NCBI GenBank assembly: GCA_001655205.1
Contig: LPNZ01003347.1
Coordinates: forward strand, 1-46,498
Direction: 5' to 3'
DNA: 46,498 nt
From: Lenisia limosa
Taxonomy: Eukaryota > Protista > Breviatea
Shown: piece after piece, positions 37,243 to 46,498 of the stretch
How the letters are laid out: each line of letters begins with the position of its first letter
Numbering within the stretch: the stretch's first letter is position 1
Position numbers and translations under genes: made by a program
The notes under the pieces: generated by a model
What the model was told of the DNA's origin: nothing
Database searches by the model: none
The model's input: the letters and a program-made list of their open reading frames with translations, nothing else

Positions 37243-39123
37243 ATGCAGGGTATGAATTTGTATTATTTATTTTTTTGTTCTCTCTTTTCATTTATTGTCT
37301 CTGAAGTAATTCCCAAGTTATCTTATTCTTTTTTGTTTTTGCAAGCAGATTTCTCTTCTCTCATCTCTGTTTTCTTGGGGTAGCACAACTTTATTTTTCT
37401 TTTGGAAAGGACATAAAAAGAAGCAAGAAATTGTAACGCACAAAGCTGAATTCCCAACTCTCTCATTCTCCAGTGTTGAGCAAGATGACAGAAACCATTG
37501 ACGACAACATTTCTGAATCCAGGTTTGCCCAGAGAGCTGACCAATGTGTCTTGTCTGTGTTGTGATTCTTTGAGGGCTCATGGACTGTGGATGATATTTC
37601 TGAGGGAATATATAAGAGGTAGTAGTGCACAGAGATTATATTCAGTTCTTAAAATTACACAATGCAACGTTGTACAGTGTCAGTGATGCTTCCTTTCATG
37701 CAGTTATTGATACTCATTAGTGTTACATCTGAAAATAGGCATTTTATGTCTGTTGTTGAAGCTTTTAGCTTCTATCAGTTTTATGGTGGAAAGTTGATGA
37801 TTTATTAATAATTGTTGTTGGCTTGAAAAGATTAAACACAATCATTCACGGTTAAATGAGCATCAAAAAGAGGCCGTCGCAAAACTTGGTGTTAATGAAA
37901 GACTTCAAAATGTTCGCACCTCAATGTTTGTTGTGATCTTTGCTTATTGTCCTCAGACTAATCAATTCCGACTTTATCAATTTGATTCTTGGAGAAAGTG
38001 GATTTGTTTATCCGTCATATTTGGTTTCAGGTATTAAATACGACCTTCCTACAGAGAAACGTGAGTTCTGTATTTCCCATTTACCGTCCAGCGTTATCAA
38101 AAGACTTTGACAAAGTCTTGACAACTCTCAGACAATTCTGCCGTGATTGGTCGTCGGAAGGCCTGGATGAGCGCAATGAGTCTTATCTGCCGTGTAGGAT
38201 GGGGGGGGGGGACCAAAAAAACCCAAATCTACCATAATGGCGTAATGTTTGGGAGGTTGGGAGGAAGTGTGGGGAAATTATCTTCACCGATTTCCTCAAA
38301 ATTCATACAACAGTGCTCCAACTTCTGGAAAAGTACGTGCCAAGTGACATGCCAGAGAAACCTTCCGTCCTTGTCCCTGGTGCAGGATTGGGGAGACTCG
38401 TGTGGGAAGTTGCAATGAGAGGCTACCATGCTCAAGGTACTTGTTTATGTTCAACCTAGGAAATGAGGTGTCGTACTTCATGTTGTTGGCGTCCAATTTC
38501 ATTTTAAATAACTCTGCTTTTGTCAATGAGTTTCATTTGAGCCCATTTGCTTTGAGTAATCTGAATGTCTTCGCAAATAAGTTTGTGTTTATGCCTAACC
38601 AGCGACAACACTCGGGTCATCCACGTTCCTGACGTTCTCCCAGCCTCAATTCCCGAAGGTGTTCAGTTCTCTATGTGTGCCGGTGAATTCTTGGAAGTGT
38701 ACTCGCATTCTCCCAACTCCTTCAATTGTGTAATGACGTGCTTTTTCTTGGACACGGCTATGGTTGTAGTGGATTACATTGAAACCATATATCAGTTCTT
38801 TCTTTTCACTAACCTGTATCCTCAAGCCTGGTGGTGTATGGTTGAATTTAGGCCCGTTACTCCACCATTTCGCAGACTCCTCAGAAGCAACTGTGGAATT
38901 GACCTGGGAAGAAATTCGAAGCTACAATGAAATGATTGGATTTGAAGTCCTTGTAAGCCAATGAGGGTATGGTGTAATAGTTCAGGAGGAATCAAGGCAG
39001 CCTGCACGATACACATGTAACACAAGGAGTATGATGCGAGTCCACTATGACACTGTTATAATGGCGGCAAGGAAACCCATGGTTTGTTACCATAACCTGT
39101 ATTCATCATCAATAGAAGGGTAA
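37243..39123 (+). CDS. CARNMT1: Carnosine N-methyltransferase (N2227-like) (5' end approximate)
   Basis: [26 protein letters not shown]; [41 protein letters not shown]; [12 protein letters not shown]; [10 protein letters not shown]; [24 protein letters not shown]; [11 protein letters not shown]. Confidence 0.95.
38795..38816 (+). other. 22-nt non-canonical GT-TG intron in CARNMT1
   Basis: GTTCTTTCTTTTCACTAACCTG. Removing it restores [16 protein letters not shown], and no AG gives the right frame. Confidence 0.8.
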
Positions 39124-39206
39124 AGCTCTGTCTCCTCGAGCGTATCCTATTTCACAAATGACGTCTTCATCGCAGAACCCTGTTAGAGACTTGCCATTCC
39201 AATGAA

Positions 39207-41631
39207 CTACTGTAACAAAAGCTTGAGTTCGTCATCGGAAGGTGGCTCCCCAATTTCCACGTTATGGGTGTCGGGCTTCTCTTTTGGCCAGTATTTAACG
39301 TCGTAAACAACAATTGCCTTCTTTCCATTAGCCATATCCTTGGTCACAAAAAGGAAATTGAATTTGTCAATCCAAGCCCAATGAGGTGCTAAAACATGAG
39401 AGTTTGCCTCTCTTACCATGAGGCTGCTTTCTGATTTTCGAAATAGACCTGATTTCTTGGATTAGAGTTTCCTTCAAGCAATGAATTAGCTCAGTTTCAG
39501 AAGAAAAGAACTGGTGAGCGAAATAGAAATAAACGGCCGATTTCTTGAAGAACTTCTTGATAGCAGTGTTAACAGATTCAGAGACAACAACTTCCCTTAT
39601 GCGTCAGGACAATCTAATTCAATCTCAATCTCGACAATAATTCCCAAGACCTTCCCCCTTACTCAATTTCTTCAACAACATCTGTGAGCCAATTTGGGAT
39701 AGTTGCGTTTTCAGCGGAGTCAAACCGTGGTAGATAGGGCAAATAACCAGAAAGAAAAAACCTTAATATCAAGAATGGGGGTTCCATCAACCAAATCAAT
39801 ACCAGAAAGAATGATTGTTTTCCTATCCGCAGAGAATCCTTCAACCTAAAATTGTCATCCCTCAGTCCCACAAAAAGACGGAATATCTCGATACAATCCT
39901 CGTTAAAATTCGATATTGTACAGACCAGTCTATTTCGTTAGGAAGCTCCCGGGGAACCAATCCTTATCATATCTTGAAACATGTGATGTAGTGTGGACCC
40001 CACTTATTCGTTCGAGCGTGTGTGCTTTTTGCCAAGTGAATCCCTAGTCATAGCCATCTCCCCTCAAACCTTCGCAAGAGATAATCCAATGGGGTTCGGC
40101 CTATGCGGAGTTCGAGTTGAGAACATTCCAACCTAAAACAAGTCACATGATAGTTTTTGAAGAAGAAGAATGATAGATGTATTGGTTAACTCAAGAAAAA
40201 GGCAAATAAAAAAAAAAACACATAGTACATATGATATATTATATAGTAATATACGTATAGTATGCCATATCATATAATACTAGTAGTATATACTATATCA
40301 TACAATATCGTATGTATTTATATAATACATATAATATGATATATTATATCTATAGAAATGAGAAATAAAAACAAGGTTGTGTCTGAAAAAAAGATAAAAA
40401 AATGTCGAAAAATTACAACAACTAATATGATGTTCCAAATCTATGTGATTTGACATTCTATCTCAAGAGTTTTACAATTTGACACCGTTTGCCGACCCTT
40501 TTTCCGCCAAGCCGAGGAGGCGCTACCTTCCCTCTTGTTCTTGACGCCTTCGAGGCATCCTAATAAGATAAATGGAAAGCAGCAAAATGCGAAACCCTAC
40601 TTTGGAAATCGATCGTGCAGCTTTGTTCTTATTGTGGTGGAATTCAAAGAGGACCCAGCAGTGTGATGCACCCCAGTCGGCAAAGCATGACGGAGGGCTG
40701 CAGTCTGAAATATCATTCGTTAAAAGAATCCCAGTTCAAACACACCGCAATTATCATTCCTTTATTAGAATGCCCATAAAATGCGCAAAACAGTGACTAA
40801 TCTAATAAAAACTTCATCAACTTCAACACACCATATGGATCCCACCTTGGGCCGACAATGTTGGNNNNNNNNNNNNNNNNNNNNNNNNNNNNNNNNNNNN
40901 NNNNNNNNNNNNNNNNNNNNNNNNNNNNNNAACCCTCGAGGATTCTCAAATGGGCTCTGGAGTGAGGTACAATGTTGCCTTGACGTGGGCAGGCGTTGCA
41001 CTCTCTGAAGACCGACTTCAAATAGCCTGAGGGTGGCGGTGAGTTATTGTAGCTATGTCCATGAATCCAAATAATAGAAAGGCAAAACCTGGAAAAGCCA
41101 AAGGGTTGAGACCTTATTTAAACAGTTCTTACCGATAGGATTGCAAACAAGCTCCCTTTGCTGTTCAGCCGTAACCACAGCAGCTGGAGGATTCTAAAAG
41201 GTGAGGGTCTCAAAATGTTGTATATGTGGTACCCCTGTTGGAACACTTTTTTGGGGTGAAGGGGCTTGTATTTGCGCTTGGCATGAATTGAAAGTGCAAA
41301 ATATTGTGATCATAAAGCACTCTATCAATAATAATGTTTCACCGCTCCATGAGAGTGGTATCGAACAAGGGTCCGCCTACCACTTCTTCGTTTGTTTTTG
41401 GCTTCTTTGTGACAACATCCTCAGTGGGAGCGGTCTGCCTCTTCAGCTCGGACCCCGATCCCCGTTGAGCAGTCGCAAGCCTCAGCAAATCTGCTTCAAA
41501 TTCAGCGGAAAGATTCAGCTCTTTGAAGGAGGAGTCTTCTTCTTTTTTCAAGTTTTCTGTATTAAAATCAAATAAAACAAACCAAGGATATTATAGAGCA
41601 CTCTGGATGGTGCAATCAGATAGTCTTTCAT
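39207..41631 (-). CDS. TRMO: tRNA m6t6A37 methyltransferase TrmO (TsaA/YaeB family)
   Basis: [86 protein letters not shown]; C-terminal LIQEIRS. Start codon less certain. Confidence 0.95.
39740..39761 (-). other. 22-nt non-canonical GT-TG intron in TrmO
   Basis: GTTTTTTCTTTCTGGTTATTTG splits the invariant DIK|PY motif and contains no AG. The unspliced frame reaches TGA. Confidence 0.85.
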
Positions 41632-41651
41632 CTTGATATGAGGGATGACCA

Positions 41652-44600
41652 ATGTTAGCTTCGCAAAAGTCAAAACTTAACTATGTCCCCACGATAGGTA
41701 AATATTTGAATGATATGCGAACAATCTAAGCTCGTAAACCAAGTAAAAGGGCTTTCTTTCGTCATTCGTCGCCCCCCAAACAAACCAAGCATGGGGTGGT
41801 GTATATGAGGATTCGTGAAAATTGAATTTTGTAAAATTGTAAATAGGATTAGAATAAGTGGATATAACTCACATAACTGGGATATACAGGGGATAAAATA
41901 ATAATATAGACAGACTAGCATAGACAGGAGAGAAAGTTGAAAGCAGTTCAGAGAAGAAGAGGAAGAGGCGTGTAATCTACCCCAATCTCATTCTGTCATT
42001 TCAGCCGCTTCTAGCCTCAGGAACTTGCACAGAACTTGCCAGGTGCTTAGAGTCTAAGCCAATCTCAGTGCTTTATGGTTGGGGGGGGGGTAATGTTTGA
42101 TCCCCCTTTCTTGATGGAGTCTTGTATGAATGACTTTGCACACGTAAAGTTCTTTTGATAGCTATATTTTGCTAATAGAACTGAAACATTTAATTGTCAC
42201 TTCTGATGATGAAACAGAGTGTCTTCCTTGATAATCGTAACCGTTTCGACTCTCTTCAAACTTTTCTATTCGAGAGTTTCATAGCCTGTAGCCTCCACGA
42301 AAGCCAGTTAGAAGACGGCGAGGGGGAAGTGCTGTCACATCGCAGTTCAAGCCTCCACAGCCCATATCAGAGGTAGCCAATCTAACTCCTGATTATGTCA
42401 CTTCTTATATATTTGATAACTGGCATTTGATATTGAGGATCTAGGAACCATTTGATATTGAGGATCTAGGAACCATCCCCAAAGCCAAAAGCCAAAAAGG
42501 GGAGGCCAGTCAAGAATGAGACGCTTCCGTCCAAACCGACACGGATGACTTTGCGACAGAAGGCCAAGTTGGAAGGAATTGCACCGCNNNNNNNNNNNNN
42601 NNNNNNNNNNNNNNNNNNNNNNNNNNNNNNNNNNNNNNNNNNNNNNNNNNNNNNNNNNNNNNNNCCGGAAATACTCATCAAGAGCGTCAAGAAAACCGTT
42701 GTTGAAGACGAAGAGGATGATGATGACTTTGAAGAGAAGTTGTCAGTAACGTCAAGGTCGCCGACCGAGCCAGTCGACTTGTTTCTTCCTCCAAACTATG
42801 TTCAGTCTGACAGCAACTTGTCGGACGATGACCGGTCAGGATGGGATCAGGTTTTTGAGGGTTTTGCTTGTAACTCCTCCCCCCCCCCCTCCAACCTCGA
42901 TGTTCTTCTTTTCTGTACANNNNNNNNNNCCCGACATGGAGATTGACTCGCCAATTAAACTGGCCGACTCCGTTGAATCCGAGCCAGCCACTGTGCTTTC
43001 TCCAAAGATCATAGATCTAGATGCACCGCCCAGAGCAGCACCAAGTCCTGCATTCCCATCTTCTGTTCTCAATGAATCTACTCCTTCCATGCAGACCCCT
43101 ATTGATTCACCTCCTCCCTCCCCAATTCCTACCCCCAAGACCCCNNNNNNNNNNNNNNNNNNNNNNNNNNNNNNNNNNNNNNNNNNNNNNNNNNNNNNNN
43201 NNNNNNNNNNNNNNNNNNCTCCGTCTTTCAAGCCCCCCCAGAAGGCTTTATCTCGGACCCCTAAGACGTTACCCCCGAAAGAGGTTTGAGGTGGTTTATG
43301 TTCGCGATCCAACTTGGGTGTGCGCTGACAGTAGCATCAACTCACCGCCACCCCTCAGGATAGTCCAAAGAGAACCGCCGCGCCCACTGGGTCGTCTTCT
43401 GATAGTGATGAGGACTTTATTAATGTTTGCTCTTTGGATGCTCTTTCCCTTTTTTCAATTTTCATAAGTGACTTTTCTAATTGTATTTCGAAAGAAAGGA
43501 AATAGTATCGATAAGAGGATCAGTTAAAAGATTATTTTAAAAAAATGTGATTACTTTTATGACCTCGTTGATTGCCTTATTTACTGTATAGGTGTCCACT
43601 ATCAGTACCCCGACGACATTCCAGCCCCCAACCAACAAACCACAACAAGACCTTCGAGAAGATTCCAACTCAATGTCCCCTGAAATTGTGATCCATCAGG
43701 TGGTGAAGCCTGCAGCCACCCTTGAATCCGACATTTCTTTGGCCGATATCCAGGGTTACGGTCGCGATGTTGAGCGGGTCTTGCCATTGATGCCGCAAAC
43801 GGAACAAAAACGGTCCCCTTCATTGCTGCAAAATGGTTGGGGTGAACATATATATATATATTCATTACCTCTTCAATTATTAGAAAATATAACACATATT
43901 AATTTAATTCACCTAATTTACAGTCCAGCGAGTAGGATTTTTTACAGTCCTGTAGGGAAAAGGCCACGCGGCCGTCCTCGAAAAGACGGATCTTTGCCAA
44001 ACACCCCACGCACAACGCCAAATGCTACACAGAAAAAGCAGTCCATGGCCCTTTTACAGGTACGGTCTGACACATTGTGTATGAATTGTTGTCATGTAGC
44101 TACTTGAAAACTAGGTATGTACTTACTTTATAATTCTTCGGTGATTTGATAAAATATTCTCAGTTTTCATCATTATTATTTATGTTGGGTACGGACATTA
44201 TAATTTGATAAACAGAAGCGCTTCCGAAGTGTTGACACTGACAATGGCGACAGTTCCGATGATGACGTCCCTGAAGCCCTCCATGTTTCTTTGAAAACTA
44301 TTAAAGTATGTTCCATTTGCTGATTAAATTATATCATATTATGCATGAACGGCTAAACCCTATAAAACCCTATAAATCCCGATATTTTAATAAACTTTTT
44401 GAATAATTTCCCTCAAAAAACTTCAACATCAATAAAAACCAATAGAAATACGAAATAATGACCGAATGTAAAATTTCACACATTGCAGGAAAATTGGCAC
44501 TCCGGGCCGGGCGCCCGGGGTCATTTTCTGAAATAATCAGTTCAAAAATCTTGCTCTTTTTGTTATTTTGGGATGTTCTCAAATTTGGAATTAAGTTTGT

Positions 44601-45491
44601 GGAAGTTTCATAACTTTTGCGAATTCGGACCCCGAAAGTTCCAGAAAGTTCCTTGCCTAATTAGGAAAATAGGGCTTTGAAAGTCCCAAAATTCTCGAAT
44701 TTTCCTTTGTTGGTAATTTCAGTCAAAATGTCAGGCTTCATAAAAAAAATATAGGGTTTTATAGGGTTTAGCCGTTCATGCTTATATAAATACCCTGAAA
44801 TAAGCTGATTATATTTATTGGATCCATCAGCAAGACAAGTTGTGTTACTTAAATAGCGTATTTGACCTCTTTAGACTTCAGTTTACGATCGATGGAGAAG
44901 ATCAACTGGTCAAATGTCAAATTGGATTGTGAACATCATCAAAAAGAACGCACAGTTTTTTCTCTTCCTAACTTCAGGGAAACTCTTGGCTTGATTCCAA
45001 CTGAACACCATAGGACTGCAATGCAATTTTTACAAAACTATGGACACGAGTGAGTTTTATGCGATTATTATATTATGTTATTATTCATCAGTTTTGAACA
45101 AGATTTCATCTTCCAGATTGTCTGGTCAATTGACGTCAGCAAAACTTCCCAACACAGTCAACCCAATGTCTATTAACAAAGACCTGGTAAAATCGATTTA
45201 TAACTTTACATTTCTAGGAGAATTTTGAACGTGATATTGACAACGCTGTGCTACAAAATGAATTTCTGAAGGACGTTGTTGATGATGTCGACCATTCAAA
45301 GTGGGTTTTATGACAGTTCATTCCTCTCGACAATTTGTAATGTGAATCTGTTAACGCAGTAGAATCGTTTCGGGAAGTGCCAAAGAAGAACATCTGGTAG
45401 GTTGAGCTTTCAACTCCATTGCTATCTTCTTTTTTTTTTGCTTATTCAATAGGAAATGATGAATGAGTACCCAGCAACCAGTTCAATATAG
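41652..45491 (+). CDS. Low-complexity (Pro/Ser/acidic) nuclear protein with an AT-hook motif
   Basis: Exons MLASQKSKLNYVPTI/GLSFVIRRPP, EDEEDDDDFEEK, a Pro-rich PAPSP tract, KRPRGRPRK (AT-hook), and a globular-looking C-terminal block (MEKINWSNVKLDCEHHQKERTVFSLPNFRETLGL...). Boundaries approximate. Confidence 0.6.
44343..44781. mobile_element. 439-bp non-autonomous DNA transposon (MITE) with 32-bp TIRs and a TTAT target-site duplication, located in an intron
   Basis: GCATGAACGGCTAAACCCTATAAAACCCTATA (44343-44374) is the exact reverse complement of 44750-44781. TTAT flanks both ends (44339-44342 and 44782-44785). No ORF. Confidence 0.9.
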
Positions 45492-45747
45492 CGCTTTTGA
45501 CCCTGTCCGCCTAAACTAGAAGATATTTAATTGTGAAGTTTTTGTTTCTTTTTAATGTAATGTTTCTCCGTATACAGTCGTGAACATTTTAGAGACCTAG
45601 GGGAATTCCTTGTCCTTCAGAACACTTCACAATGAAACGTTTCAAGACAACTTTGGAAGGCAATAATATAAATAAATAGTACACATACATATCATATGCA
45701 AAACACATAGAAAATAACATTAACACAAAAAGAAACGCCGTAACCAT

Positions 45748-46498
45748 CTATTGTCCAGACTCCTTCCTCCGCTGAGCTCTATTTCCAGCCTTGTTTGTTG
45801 CTCTGAACCAGCTTTGGACCTGAATTAGCCAAATCAACAAACATCCGCCATGAGAACATGTTCAGTGTCGATGATGAGACGAGTAATGTTCAGTTTCGAA
45901 GTCTTTTGAATGGGTGATAGCACTCTCCACCACATTTCAATCTGCCTCAAAGCCCAAATAACTTTATTTGTTTTTGTGACCTGGAACAATAAACCAAGAG
46001 AAACAGCTCACCCTGGAGCTGACTTGCGTGTACTCCAACCATGACATCAAAACAGCAGAAACTGTTAGCAGAACGGGAATCCAGAGCGAGTAATCGAATT
46101 AGTAACACTATTTACCGAATGCGCCAAGAAGGGCTGCCAATGCACTGAGGATATAAACCATAATATTCATCCGCGAGGCCCTTTTGTCCAGGCCTGCTGC
46201 CTTCTTTTCAAAGTATCTCAGAGCTGTCTTAATTCGGAACTCGATGTATTGCTCTGGCAGAATATACTGCAAGCTGACCCTCGAAAACATGGGTTCATGT
46301 ACAAACTAAATAAATGAAGCAAACAAGGTAACAAACTCCTCTGAGATCTTCATCAAACACATTTTGGTTCGTAACTTTCGGAATAGCCTCCAAATTGTTT
46401 TTCTAGATTGTGAAACTCTCTAAAGAACATATGATACTATATATGATATAGGTGACCCCACATAACCGTACCCAGCCACATAACCGTACCCACTTTCA
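45748..46498 (-). CDS. SLATT (SMODS/SLOG-associating 2TM effector)-domain protein, 3' part (gene continues beyond the window)
   Basis: LPEQYIEFRIKTALRYFEKKA..RMNIMVYILSALAALLGAF..SLWIPVLLTVSAVLMSWLEYTQV..KTNKVIWALRQIEMWWRVLSPIQK..NITRLIIDTEHVLMADVQSW follows the SLATT_1 pattern known from SLOG-SLATT proteins. Confidence 0.75.
46095..46115 (-). other. Candidate 21-nt GT-CG intron in the SLATT gene
   Basis: GTAAATAGTGTTACTAATTCG contains two in-frame stops. Removing it gives LGAFDYSLWIPV. An in-frame canonical AG lies 33 nt further on. Confidence 0.5.

Noticed and set aside
39890-40050. Apparent extra exons inserted in TrmO
   Set aside because: A single canonical intron joins LSLAK to [21 protein letters not shown] with normal spacing.
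42836-43312. Minus-strand 158-aa Gly-rich ORF
   Set aside because: It is the antisense shadow of the Pro/Ser-rich + strand exon.
1-46498. TAA/TAG reassignment to explain in-frame stops
   Set aside because: Conserved exons use CAA/CAG for Gln, genes end in TAG, TAA or TGA, and the interrupting stops fall inside removable introns. The TrmO and CARNMT1 cases need frame changes, which read-through cannot supply.

Overview
Gene-dense, intron-rich eukaryotic nuclear DNA, probably from a flagellated protist (B9D2 is present; the lineage cannot be named from sequence alone). It uses the standard genetic code and has many N gaps. All gene models were assembled by hand from GT-AG exon chains, and homology calls come from remembered motifs, not database searches. 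Contents in order: a partial unknown gene, a solitary 5S rRNA gene, a GCFC/PAXBP1-like gene, a decayed element, a ~11.7-kb receptor-like gene, U2SURP/SR140, an unknown gene, B9D2, a tandem VOC/glyoxalase-fold gene, TMEM161, carnosine N-methyltransferase, TrmO, an AT-hook protein carrying an intronic MITE, and a partial SLATT-domain gene. Two signals stand out. (1) There is a class of 21-23-nt micro-introns, and several must end in TG or CG rather than AG; two of these interrupt highly conserved enzyme motifs (TrmO DIK|PY; CARNMT1 TIYH|ILKP) and have no in-frame AG alternative. (2) The receptor has a plexin-like layout (beta-propeller, ~6 PSI repeats, Cys-rich repeats, one TM helix) followed by two tandem RasGAP domains, both lacking the catalytic arginine finger (Ala and Lys instead).
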